DNA of 64,000 nucleotides, taken from the NCBI GenBank assembly GCA_038225185.1, contig JBBRFA010000003.1:10430-74429 (forward strand), read 5' to 3'. Source of the stretch: Chthoniobacterales bacterium (GTDB lineage Bacteria; Verrucomicrobiota; Verrucomicrobiia; Chthoniobacterales; DASVRZ01). Positions 8,824 to 17,588 of the stretch are shown here, one piece after another (within the stretch, counting starts at the first letter, position 1; the number at the start of each line of letters is the position of its first letter). The position numbers were made by a program, and so were the translations under genes. The notes under the pieces are model-generated. The model did not search any database. It was not told the DNA's origin and was given only the letters and a program-made list of their open reading frames with translations.

Positions 8824-9169
8824 TGTTTTGTGTGGTTTATTTTAATTTGAACCCTTCTCCGATGCACAACGACGGATGTCACGCTCACCGGTTCTTGATT
8901 CGTCATTACTTTAAGAATTTCCTGCGAACCGACAAACTTTCTATTGTAACAATTGTGTGACGGAAATCGATCTTGCAATGCCTTGTGCCGCAACATCTTA
9001 CACAAGGGCAGGTCGAAATTTTCTCTTAAAAGGCCACTTTAACGCTCTCCCGCCGCCTTTTCGTAACCCAATCGACACATTCAACTCTGCAAATTTATGC
9101 TTTTTTCCCGGCTTTTATCCGGTTTCCACCTGTTTTGACTCGTTTTAACCCGTTTTCACCCTGCGACCG

Positions 9170-10096
9170 TTACTGCGGGCGCGGGCGGAAGAGGCTGGCG
9201 TGGGCATTTTCGGTGATCGCGCTGATGGCGGGATGCTTGATTTTTCGTTCCGCAGTGATCGCAAAAAATTCTCCCCGACATTCTTTCACCTCGCCCACCG
9301 GACGCAGCCCGTATTGGCGGCGGGCTTCCTCCAGCACCATGGTATGCACCGGCACCACCGCCAGGCCGCTCATGGCGACAGCTTTCATCAGGGCCGCATC
9401 CTCAAACTCCGCCAAAATCTGCGGATGAATGCCCTGCTGATCATACCATTTCTCCAAAGCAAGACGGGTGGCCGTATTTTCGGTCGGCAAAAAAGCGGGC
9501 TGACCATTGAGCGAGGCCGGAAAATTATCCTGCAAACGCGCCGCCAGACTGGCCGGTGCGCAAAAAGTGAGCGTGCTGCCCCCCAGCAAATGCGAATAGG
9601 TTTTAACCAGGAGCGAACTGGGAGCGGCTTCATCGGTGATGATGATGTCGAGCCGATGGGTTGCAAGCTGGAGGAGCAGGCCATCCACTTTGCCCTCGCG
9701 ACAGACGAGATGAATCGGTTGCTCCATGGAAAAAACCGGTTTGAGAATTTCGTGCGCAACGATTTTTGGCACCGAATCGGCCACGCCGACCTGGAGCTTG
9801 AGCGGACGCTGACCGGGACGTTGTCGCACCGCGTTGAGCAATTCGCGTCCCGAAGAAAATATATCGTCCGCATAACCGACGACTAACTGGCCCATTTGAG
9901 TGAGAACGAGCCGGCGACCTTTGCGTTGAAAAAGTTTTTCGCCCAAGGCATCCTCCAGTTGATGAAGTTGGGCGCTGATCGATGGCTGCGAGACGTGCAG
10001 CAACTCGGAGGCGCGACGCAGGCTCCCTTCACGTGCCACCACCCAGAAGTAGCGCAGATGATGGAAATTCAGCCATTCCAAGCTCGGAGTATCCAT
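9170..10096 (-). CDS. LysR-family transcriptional regulator (NhaR-like N-terminus)
   Basis: N-terminal wHTH LNFHHLRYFWVVAREGSLRRASELLHVSQPSISAQLHQLEDALGEKLFQRKGRRLVLTQMG followed by a ~200-aa LysR substrate-binding region. Divergent from the next gene. Confidence 0.85.
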   Translation of the reverse strand: MDTPSLEWLNFHHLRYFWVVAREGSLRRASELLHVSQPSISAQLHQLEDALGEKLFQRKGRRLVLTQMGQLVVGYADDIFSSGRELLNAVRQRPGQRPLKLQVGVADSVPKIVAHEILKPVFSMEQPIHLVCREGKVDGLLLQLATHRLDIIITDEAAPSSLLVKTYSHLLGGSTLTFCAPASLAARLQDNFPASLNGQPAFLPTENTATRLALEKWYDQQGIHPQILAEFEDAALMKAVAMSGLAVVPVHTMVLEEARRQYGLRPVGEVKECRGEFFAITAERKIKHPAISAITENAHASLFRPRPQ

Positions 10097-10187
10097 AGGT
10101 TTAAACGAATAATTGCAAATATTTTAAGTATTAGTCGAACAAAAAGCACCATGAAATGTTCTAAGAAGCCAGAAACACCAAATTACT

Positions 10188-10883
10188 ATGATATTCTCAA
10201 TAATCCTCTTTGTCGGGACCATGCTCCTCTCCCTTTGGGCGATGTGGCGGGTCAAACATGTGTATAATCATTACAGCAAGATGAAATGTGCCTCGGGCGC
10301 AACCGGCGCCCAAGTCGCGCAAGCCATTTTGGATCGTGCCGATATTCGCGATGTCGAAATCATCTCCCAGGAGGGTATGTTGGGCGATCATTACGATCCG
10401 ACGCATAAAAGGCTCGTTTTATCGGAGCAAAATTATCACGGCCAATCCCCGGCCGCCCTCGGGGTGGCGGCTCACGAATGCGGCCATGCCATTCAACATA
10501 AAATCGCTTACGGCCCGCTCCACTGGCGGATGGCGGCGGTGGGTGCGACCAATATTGCCAGTCAAGTGGTAATGTGGTTGCCGCTCATCGGCATCATGAC
10601 CGGTCTCATTCGCGGTCAAACCGCAATCTTGCTGATGGCGGTGGCCTGGGGTGTGATCATGGTTTTCAATCTGATTACACTTCCGGTGGAATTCGATGCC
10701 TCCCGCCGCGCCAAGCTGGTGTTGGGGAACATGGGTTTCATTGGCGACGCCGAGGAAATGACCGGGGTGCGCAAAGTGTTGGATGCCGCAGCCTGGACTT
10801 ATGTGGCCGCGTTTATTACTTCGCTGGCTTACTTCCTGTGGCATTTGCTTCCGCTCCTGTTGGGTGGTCGGCGCAGTGAATAA
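10188..10883 (+). CDS. Membrane zinc metallopeptidase, YugP-like (Zn_peptidase_2)
   Basis: HExxH motif in AAHECGHAIQH, flanking hydrophobic segments, and an N-terminus typical of the putative neutral zinc metallopeptidase family. Confidence 0.8.
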   Translation: MIFSIILFVGTMLLSLWAMWRVKHVYNHYSKMKCASGATGAQVAQAILDRADIRDVEIISQEGMLGDHYDPTHKRLVLSEQNYHGQSPAALGVAAHECGHAIQHKIAYGPLHWRMAAVGATNIASQVVMWLPLIGIMTGLIRGQTAILLMAVAWGVIMVFNLITLPVEFDASRRAKLVLGNMGFIGDAEEMTGVRKVLDAAAWTYVAAFITSLAYFLWHLLPLLLGGRRSE

Positions 10884-10915
10884 TTCCCCGGCTTTTTTAA
10901 CAAAGGAAAATTTAG

Positions 10916-11055
10916 CCACAGAGATCACAGAGAGCACAGAGAGAAAAACAACGGATAGTGAGATTTTTGGGGAAAATCTGAATTTACTGGTGCGGACTAC
11001 ATTGTAACTGCCTTTATAAAATTACTTTTTGACTGCATAAAAATCTTCTCTGTGG
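10916..11055. repeat. Intergenic element: three tandem CACAGAGA(N) words, a core, and an inverted tail TTCTCTGTGG
   Basis: CCACAGAGA TCACAGAGA GCACAGAGA at 10916-10943, and the reverse-complement word at 11046-11055. Internal hairpin AGATTTT/AAAATCT at 10961-10979. The core resembles the 11508-11834 elements. Confidence 0.7.
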
Positions 11056-11098
11056 CTGATCCTCATCTTCCTTTTTTTGGTTAATTTATTTTATTATT

Positions 11099-11497
11099 AT
11101 GAAAATTATCGAAGAACTTATTTCCACCGGAGCACCCGAAGTGACGCCCGAAACTTTGGAATACACGATTCGTCATCTCCCGCAGTTACGCGCGAAATTT
11201 GCCAATCTGGAAGAGGTGCCGATTGATCTTACCGATGCGATTGATTTTCTTTCGCAGGTTTTGGAAGACTTTAGTGGGGGGCTTTGCCGCGATTTGTCTT
11301 TTCATGCCGTGGCAGACATTGCTTTTGCCTTGCAATATTTGTTTCAAGAAACGGATTTGATCCCGGATCACCTGCCGGATGTGGGGTATGCGGATGATGC
11401 GGCGGTGAGCAACCGGGTGTTGCTGAAGCATTCGGTGATTCTGAAGGATTACGCGTTGCAACGTGGTTTTGAGTGGAACCGGCTTTTGACAATGTAG
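11099..11497 (+). CDS. DUF1232 (YkvA-like) domain protein
   Basis: LIPDHLPDVGYADDAAVSNRVL matches the IPD..P..G..DD motif of DUF1232. Clean ORF preceded by an AT-rich leader. Confidence 0.65.
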   Translation: MKIIEELISTGAPEVTPETLEYTIRHLPQLRAKFANLEEVPIDLTDAIDFLSQVLEDFSGGLCRDLSFHAVADIAFALQYLFQETDLIPDHLPDVGYADDAAVSNRVLLKHSVILKDYALQRGFEWNRLLTM

Positions 11498-11507
11498 GGT
11501 TTTTTGT

Positions 11508-11834
11508 CCACAGATTGCACAGATTTGCACAGATTTTTTTTGGGAATTTGGTGGGGCCTTCTGTGGTGGTCTGAAGGTTTTTTTTTCCACAGATTTAACA
11601 GATTTAACAGATTTTTTGGGGAATTTTAGTGGGGGGTGTCCGTGATGGTCAGGATTGTTTGAATCTGTAAAATTTCACCCGGGGTGAATGGGTTGCACTA
11701 AATGCGAGGAACCCTTTTAAATGAAGGGGTTATCTTTTGTTCACAGATTTAACAGATTTTAAGGGGACTTTGGTGGGGTGTGTTTGTGGTGGTCTGGAGT
11801 GTTTTAAATCTGTATAATCTTTAAAATCTGTGGA
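11508..11834. repeat. Three diverged copies of an ~85-95 bp intergenic element (CACAGATTT/AACAGATTT words, a GGGGAAYTTTGGTGGGG..GTGGTGGTCTG core, and an inverted AAATCTGT tail)
   Basis: Copies at 11508-11588, 11587-11675 and 11741-11834, aligned by eye. Copy 3 has terminal inverted repeats TCACAGATTT...AAATCTGTGGA. Confidence 0.75.
11557..11586 (+). terminator. Terminator-like hairpin plus T9 inside repeat copy 1 (candidate terminator for the DUF1232 gene)
   Basis: CCTTC (11557-11561) / GAAGG (11573-11577) with an 11-nt loop, followed by nine T (11578-11586). The stem is short. Confidence 0.45.
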
Positions 11835-11865
11835 CGGTTTTTAACAGCCGTTTTTAAAGTGGGTT

Positions 11866-12876
11866 TTAAACTTCCACGGCATCGCCAAATTCGATTTCCA
11901 TGTTGCCAGCGAGGCGGGTGAGAGTGGTGGAGATGGTGCGCTTTTTGGAGAGGACGTAGGTAAGATCGACGAGGGTCACTTTACCCTGATGCAAAGCGGT
12001 CATGGTGCCGGTTTCGCTGGTGAGCAATCCGGTCACGGCCAACTCTCCCATGCGGGTGGCCAGAATGCGGTCGTAATGGCTGGGACGTCCGCCGCGTTGG
12101 ACGTGGCCGAGCACGGTTTTTCTTACTTCCTGCTGCAAGACATCTTCGCCGGCCGATTCCTGCATTTTCGTGATGAATTCCTCGGCGGAACAAACCCCTT
12201 CGGCAAGAATAATGAGGCTGTTTTTTCTCTTTTCCTCATAACGTTTGGCGAGAAGACGGAGGATGCGCGGCATGTTATAACGATACTCGGGAATGACGGC
12301 GACCTCGGCACCGCAGGAGATGGCGGTGGTGAGGGCGAGATAACCGCTCCCACGACCCATCACTTCCACGAGAAAACAGCGGCGATGCGAGCGGGCAGTG
12401 TCTTTGATTTTATCGATCATATCGACAATCGTGTTGGATGCGGTGTCCACGCCGACGCCCATTTGCGTGCCAAAAATGTCGTTATCGATGGTGCCGGGAA
12501 TGCCGACGATGGGAAATCCGAGTTCGTGGAGTTTGAGGGCACCGGTCAGGGAGCCATCGCCGCCGATGACGACGAGTCCATCCACTTTGCGGTCGCGCAA
12601 TTTTTGCAGCGCCTGGGCCTGGCCTTCGGCGGTCATAAATCGACGGCAACGACTGGATTGAAGGATGGTGCCACCGCGTTCGAGGAGTCCGCTTAGGACG
12701 GCGTCGTTGAGGTCGATCACGTCGTCATCGAAGATACCGTCGTAGCCATTTTGATAGCCGATGGCGCGGTATCCCTGGTGCATGGCGGCTCGGGCGACGG
12801 CGCGAACGGCGGGGTTCATTCCGGGAGAATCTCCCCCGGAGGTTAATACGGCAATGGTGTGGGGTGTCTGTGACAT
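11866..12876 (-). CDS. pfkA: ATP-dependent 6-phosphofructokinase
   Basis: IAVLTSGGDSPGMNPAVRAVARAA, VVIGGDGSLTGA, GIPGTIDNDI, and MGRGSGYLAL motifs. ATG 12876 (MSQTPHTIAVLTSGGD) is preferred over the ORF-track start at 12948. Confidence 0.92.
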   Translation of the reverse strand: MSQTPHTIAVLTSGGDSPGMNPAVRAVARAAMHQGYRAIGYQNGYDGIFDDDVIDLNDAVLSGLLERGGTILQSSRCRRFMTAEGQAQALQKLRDRKVDGLVVIGGDGSLTGALKLHELGFPIVGIPGTIDNDIFGTQMGVGVDTASNTIVDMIDKIKDTARSHRRCFLVEVMGRGSGYLALTTAISCGAEVAVIPEYRYNMPRILRLLAKRYEEKRKNSLIILAEGVCSAEEFITKMQESAGEDVLQQEVRKTVLGHVQRGGRPSHYDRILATRMGELAVTGLLTSETGTMTALHQGKVTLVDLTYVLSKKRTISTTLTRLAGNMEIEFGDAVEV

Positions 12877-13184
12877 ATCGAAATGGGCAAGAGGCAAATC
12901 GCGTTGGTTGTAGCAGTAAAACGAACAATGGCCAGTTTTTTTGAACATCTCTTATTTTCGGGGGTCAAAGATGTTAGGTTAAGGCGATTCGGGTCGCGAC
13001 ATGTCGTGGTTTTTTGGTTTTTGGCGTGCGCGGCCCGAATCTGTTTCCAGGCCAGTATTGATTTGTTCACAGTGAGGGATTTTTTTAAGGTGAATGACAA
13101 GAAACTGGCGATATTTTTGCATCCCTAACTTAATTCGCCGCGGACAACTCCGTGGCACGTCCAGTGCTTTTTATCTGACTGTCT

Positions 13185-13424
13185 ATGAAAGTATCGCGCA
13201 TTGAAAATCAAAAGGATCGCGAGCTGATTCGCGCCTGGGTCGAATTAGTCGATCCGGTAAGTTTGCATCGCGGTGAGACCTGGCAATATCTCGCTTCGGA
13301 AAATCGCGAGGAATGGGAGCACGTTTTCCGGCATCGCTGCCATCCAGCCACCGATGAAGTGATGTATGTGCGCGTGCCAGCGGCGAAAGATTGGGTGCCG
13401 AGTTGGTTTCAGGAAGCGGAATGA
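13185..13424 (+). CDS. Hypothetical small protein (79 aa)
   Basis: Isolated ORF in an otherwise empty gap, with non-repetitive, balanced composition. No recognisable motif. Confidence 0.4.
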   Translation: MKVSRIENQKDRELIRAWVELVDPVSLHRGETWQYLASENREEWEHVFRHRCHPATDEVMYVRVPAAKDWVPSWFQEAE

Positions 13425-13605
13425 CGGGATCTTGATAATTCTTTACTCATAGGGGTTAAGTATAAAAACGGTCGGGGCATGTTGCGGGGTGGTGGGCCAT
13501 TTTGGTTGCCGAATCGGGCATCTTGCAGATGTCGTTCGACATAATCTGCGGCTTCTGTGGCGGAAAAGAGCTCTCCATTTTTACCCATCCCTTTCGATGA
13601 TGGGT

Positions 13606-14658
13606 TTATTCCCCCACTTTGATTCCTTCGCGGACCACGAGCAGGGCGGTGGCTGCGTCGAGAGCTTTTTGCAGGCTGCGATCCATCGGCAAAGAATCGC
13701 CGGCGGCATTTTTTTCTGCTTTGCGGGCTTGAAAGGCGTCCAATTCGGGATTGCGCCCGGCGACGAGGGAGGCTTCGTTCATGTGCGGACGTTGGATTTC
13801 AAAAATAAAAGTGCCGATGCCCTCTTTTTTGCTCCGGCGCAAAAGATCACGTTCCCCGTCGAGATCGGCGGCGACGAGAAGGTCGGGGGTAACGCCCGAG
13901 GCAAGAAATTGTGCATCGCTGCCCGGTAGAACGATGCGACTCACCGCGACCTCCAGGGCGAAGCGTTCGTTGAGAGGAATCGAGGTGTATTCAAAGGCCT
14001 GGCCACTGGTCTGCGTGCCGACGAGGAGTGCTTTGGCTTGCTGGCGCAAGGCGGCGGCGGCGGCTTCGCCCGGGCCGTTGGTATCAGCATTTATGACGAC
14101 GAGAAGAATGCCGCTAAAACGTGTTTCGCCGCTGCTGCGGAAATTTTTTTGTTCCTTGGTGGTGCTGTTGGAAAGGGTGAAAAGACTTTTGTCGCCGCCG
14201 ATAAACAGGCCAGCCAGATCTTTCACGAGATCGAATTCCGCCGGGCCGCTTGTCGCTCGCAGATCGAGGATGACCGCCTGGGCTTTGGCTTCCTTGCGCA
14301 AGGCGGTGCTTAACTGGGCGATGTTATCTTTGGAAAAGTCGCCGAGCCGGGTGTAAATGACGCCGCGCGGGAGGAGTTCGAGCTTGAAATCCTCCCCGGT
14401 TTCGATCTGATTGCCGGGTTTGCGCTCGACCAGACGCGCGTTTTTCCCCAAACGATCCAGAACACCGTGGAGACGTGCCCGTTCGATTTCGTCGGGGCTG
14501 ATCCCACCGCTGCTGGCGATGAGCTGGCTAAGTTTTTCCCAGGCGATTTTTACTTCGGAGGGGCTTAACTGATCGATTGGCGCACGCGTGGATTGCCCTT
14601 CTGTCCACCGGCTTCCGATGAGAAGAAAAAGAAGCACCAGGAGAACGTTATTTTTCAT
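13606..14658 (-). CDS. Secreted S41 (C-terminal processing peptidase)-like protein, apparently lacking the Ser/Lys catalytic dyad
   Basis: Signal peptide MKNNVLLVLLFLLIGS. S41-like blocks GVIYTRLGDFSKDNIAQLSTALRKEAKAQAVILDLRATSGP and LLVVINADTNGPGEAAAAALRQQAKALLVGTQTSGQA, GVTPDLLV. Gly and Gln occupy the positions of the catalytic Ser and Lys. Confidence 0.7.
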   Translation of the reverse strand: MKNNVLLVLLFLLIGSRWTEGQSTRAPIDQLSPSEVKIAWEKLSQLIASSGGISPDEIERARLHGVLDRLGKNARLVERKPGNQIETGEDFKLELLPRGVIYTRLGDFSKDNIAQLSTALRKEAKAQAVILDLRATSGPAEFDLVKDLAGLFIGGDKSLFTLSNSTTKEQKNFRSSGETRFSGILLVVINADTNGPGEAAAAALRQQAKALLVGTQTSGQAFEYTSIPLNERFALEVAVSRIVLPGSDAQFLASGVTPDLLVAADLDGERDLLRRSKKEGIGTFIFEIQRPHMNEASLVAGRNPELDAFQARKAEKNAAGDSLPMDRSLQKALDAATALLVVREGIKVGE

Positions 14659-14731
14659 GTTGCGCAGACAGTAGGCGCGACGGGATCAAGTCGCAAGGAG
14701 GCGGTGAAAATGATGCGGTGGGTGAGGGCAT

Positions 14732-16000
14732 TTAATCGGGCGATTTGCTCCCGATATCGGAACGACAAAAACGGCCGTTGAAATGGATTTTTTCCACTGC
14801 GCGATAAGCTGCGGCGCGGGCCCCGGCCACGGTGTCTCCCATGGCCGTGACCCCGAGCACGCGACCGCCGTTGGTGGCCAGAGTGCCCGAGGCTGTGCGC
14901 TGGGTGCCGGCATGGAAAACTAGCGCACTTGTGGCCTCGGCTTCTGCGATTCCAGTGATTTCCCTGCCTTTCTCGTAGGTGCCGGGATATCCACCCGAAG
15001 CCAGCACGACACAGACTGCCGCACGCGGATCCCAGGTTGCCTGCACCTCGGATAGACGGCCATCGATGGTGGCTTCGATCAAATCCAGCAGATCGCTTTG
15101 CAACCGTGGGAGAAGCACCTGGGTTTCGGGATCGCCGAAGCGGGCATTGAATTCGAGCACCTTCGGACCATCGGGCGTGAGCATGAGACCGGGAAAAAGC
15201 ATTCCACGGAAATCCAGCCCATCGGCTTTTAGCCCTATCATAAATCGGTCGAGCACCTCGCGTTTTACCCGTTCCAGAAGCGCATCATCCAGCGCCGATA
15301 CCGGGCTGCAAGTGCCCATGCCGCCGGTATTCGGGCCGAGATCGCCATCGTAAGCACGCTTATGATCTTGGGCGCCGGGAAAGAGCAGATAATTCGTGCC
15401 ATCGATCAACGCATGAAGGGAGCATTCCGGCCCGGTGAGAAGTTCTTCAATCACCACAGAGGCACCCGACGCGCCAAATTGTCGCCTTTCCATCATCCGA
15501 TAAATGGCCAGCCCCGCCTCCCAATGGGTGTGGGCGATCACCACGCCTTTGCCCAGCGCCAGACCGTCGGCTTTCACCACCAAGGGACATCCCAGGGTGC
15601 GGGCAAATTCCTGCGCGGCAGCCGGATCGGAAAATTGCCCGGAACGCGCGGTGGGAATGCCATGGCGCAGCATAAATTCCTTGGCAAAAATCTTCGATGC
15701 CTCCAGCCGGGCCCCCGCTTGAGTGGGACCGAATATTCGTAATCCCGCCGCTTGGAAAAGGTCGACAATGCCATTGGCAAGAGCGTCATCGGGTCCCACC
15801 ACCGTGAGATCGATGGCCTCCGACAAGGCAAAATCTCGCAATTTTATCAAATTTGATACGCTTATTTGAGATTTTTGCGGATTTACTGGGGTTCCGCCGT
15901 TGCCTGGGTGGCAAATCACTTGGGTGACGCGGGGCGATTGTTGCAATTTCCAAGCCAGGGCATGTTCACGTCCGCCGCTGCCAATAATGAGGATTTTCAC
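14732..16000 (-). CDS. purD: Phosphoribosylamine--glycine ligase
   Basis: VKILIIGSGGREHALAWKL N-terminus and ATP-grasp body. GTG at 16000 is chosen as the start because the 72 upstream codons of the ORF are basic, low-complexity and unlike PurD. Confidence 0.9.
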   Translation of the reverse strand: MKILIIGSGGREHALAWKLQQSPRVTQVICHPGNGGTPVNPQKSQISVSNLIKLRDFALSEAIDLTVVGPDDALANGIVDLFQAAGLRIFGPTQAGARLEASKIFAKEFMLRHGIPTARSGQFSDPAAAQEFARTLGCPLVVKADGLALGKGVVIAHTHWEAGLAIYRMMERRQFGASGASVVIEELLTGPECSLHALIDGTNYLLFPGAQDHKRAYDGDLGPNTGGMGTCSPVSALDDALLERVKREVLDRFMIGLKADGLDFRGMLFPGLMLTPDGPKVLEFNARFGDPETQVLLPRLQSDLLDLIEATIDGRLSEVQATWDPRAAVCVVLASGGYPGTYEKGREITGIAEAEATSALVFHAGTQRTASGTLATNGGRVLGVTAMGDTVAGARAAAYRAVEKIHFNGRFCRSDIGSKSPD

Positions 16001-16148
16001 AGGTAAAAAGGGGTTTTCGACTCGAAGAAATAGCGACTTGCTGGTTAGGGGACACTCTTTTTTGCAGAAAAAATAGTTCCCACGCCCGATTAGCGAAGTG
16101 TTGCATAGCCGAAATGACGGCACTTGCTGTGCTTTATAAGAAGATCGA

Positions 16149-16499
16149 ATGCAGTTTTTTGAAGCAAAATCAGATCGCGGTCTTGAGCGACGAGTCGATG
16201 AGGGCGACTTGCGCAATTTATATCGGGCGGGTTATCTGCATCTCGACTCCCTGGTGCGCCGGGCCGGTTCGCCCAATTGGTTTCGGGTGGATGAGGTGTT
16301 TCCCCATTTCGAGGATATCCCGGTGCCCAAGAGCAAGCGTTACAGTGCGAATTTTAGATCAGCCGCCCAGGCAAGCAATATTCGCACAGGATTGTTCATT
16401 GCGATGTCGGCGGTGATTTTGATTTTTTTGATCATTCGTTTCGTCGATAAAATCGGGACTGAACGCCGGGAAAAAAGTGTCCCAACGTTGAAAAACTAA
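16149..16499 (+). CDS. Hypothetical membrane-anchored protein with a GYF_2-like N-terminal domain
   Basis: EGDLRNLYRAGYLHLDSLVRRAGSPNWFRVDEV resembles the GYF_2 (DUF4339) pattern. One C-terminal TM segment (GLFIAMSAVILIFLIIRF). Confidence 0.5.
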   Translation: MQFFEAKSDRGLERRVDEGDLRNLYRAGYLHLDSLVRRAGSPNWFRVDEVFPHFEDIPVPKSKRYSANFRSAAQASNIRTGLFIAMSAVILIFLIIRFVDKIGTERREKSVPTLKN

Positions 16500-16694
16500 A
16501 TTCGTCCTTGCCTGACAAAAGCGTTTTGTTGGGACTGGTTGCATTCCCTGACATCTTTTCCGTCGATGCCGAAATCACTCTAAGCAGCCGCCCTTTCTGG
16601 CAATTGCACTTTTAAAAAACCCAGGTCGCAAAGAACGACGGTTAGGTTTTTTTTCGCGCTTGCCAGAATGCGGGCGGCATGGGCAAGTGCATTC

Positions 16695-17540
16695 ATGCAA
16701 AAATGGCTCGTCGTCGGTTGTGGCTATCTCGGACGGGAGCTGGCCCAAAGTCTGCACACCCTTGGCCATACCGTGAGTGCCTGGACCAGTTCGCCCGAAT
16801 CGGCCGCCCGAGAAAGTGCTGCCGGGTTTCGCGTCTCGCCCGTCGATATTCGCGATCTCGACTGGGTGCGCCGGGTGGGAGAACGCGACGGACCTTTCGA
16901 CGGTGTGATCAATTGCGTGAGCTCCGGCGGTGGCGACGCCGCGCGTTACCGCGAAATTTACTGGCAGGGAACGGCCAATTTGCTGCGCAGTCTTTGTTTC
17001 GACCGATTTTTTTACACCAGCAGCACCTCGGTCTATGGAAAAAACGACGGGGGCACAGTCGATGAAGATTCCCCGCCCGAAACGACGACCGCGACCGGCC
17101 TTATTTTACGGGAAACCGAAGATCTCGTGCTTGCCCGCAGAGGCATCGTCACCCGGCTTTCGGGCATCTACGGTCCAGGACGTTGTGCCCTTTTGCAGCG
17201 GTTTCTTACTGGAGAATCCACCCTCGATGGCGATGGCGGACGCTGGTTAAACACCATCGAACGCGACGACGCCGTGGCCGGAATCCTCACCCTCATCGAG
17301 AAATCTCCCGCCAGTGGCATTTTCAACCTCACCGACGATGGCGGAATCACCCAACTTGCCGCCTTTCAATTTTTAGCAGCCGCCCTGGAGCGTCCCTTGC
17401 CTCCGTCGGCACCGCCCAATCCGGGTCGTAAACGTGGCCTCACCAATAAACAAGTCTCCAACGCCCGCCTCCGCCAGTTGGGCTGGGAACCACGTTTCCC
17501 GACATTTTTGGCCGGATTGCAGCAGTTGTTAAAAAATTGA
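16695..17540 (+). CDS. NAD(P)-dependent epimerase/dehydratase-family (SDR) protein
   Basis: Rossmann N-terminus MQKWLVVGCGYLGRELAQSL and a later YTSSTSVYG block. The ORF is open from 16668; ATG 16695 is preferred. Confidence 0.75.
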   Translation: MQKWLVVGCGYLGRELAQSLHTLGHTVSAWTSSPESAARESAAGFRVSPVDIRDLDWVRRVGERDGPFDGVINCVSSGGGDAARYREIYWQGTANLLRSLCFDRFFYTSSTSVYGKNDGGTVDEDSPPETTTATGLILRETEDLVLARRGIVTRLSGIYGPGRCALLQRFLTGESTLDGDGGRWLNTIERDDAVAGILTLIEKSPASGIFNLTDDGGITQLAAFQFLAAALERPLPPSAPPNPGRKRGLTNKQVSNARLRQLGWEPRFPTFLAGLQQLLKN

Positions 17541-17588
17541 TTTTTCGGTTGAGTCCGTCTTTTTTTCGCCCACCTTAACGATTCGCTC

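Noticed and set aside
11508-11834. Possible CRISPR array, given the repeated CACAGATTT-type sequences
   Set aside because: The repeat words are only 9 nt, directly tandem or irregularly spaced. There are no uniform 25-40 bp repeats or spacers and no cas genes, so it is better described as REP/MITE-like elements.
16001-16216. Long N-terminal extensions suggested by the ORF track (purD 494 aa, and similar extensions for pfkA, rsmH, mraY, murD, ftsQ, ftsA, ftsZ, ruvX and the PCD-like gene)
   Set aside because: The extensions are basic, low-complexity or overlap the preceding gene. Conserved family N-termini begin at internal ATG or GTG codons, which were used instead.
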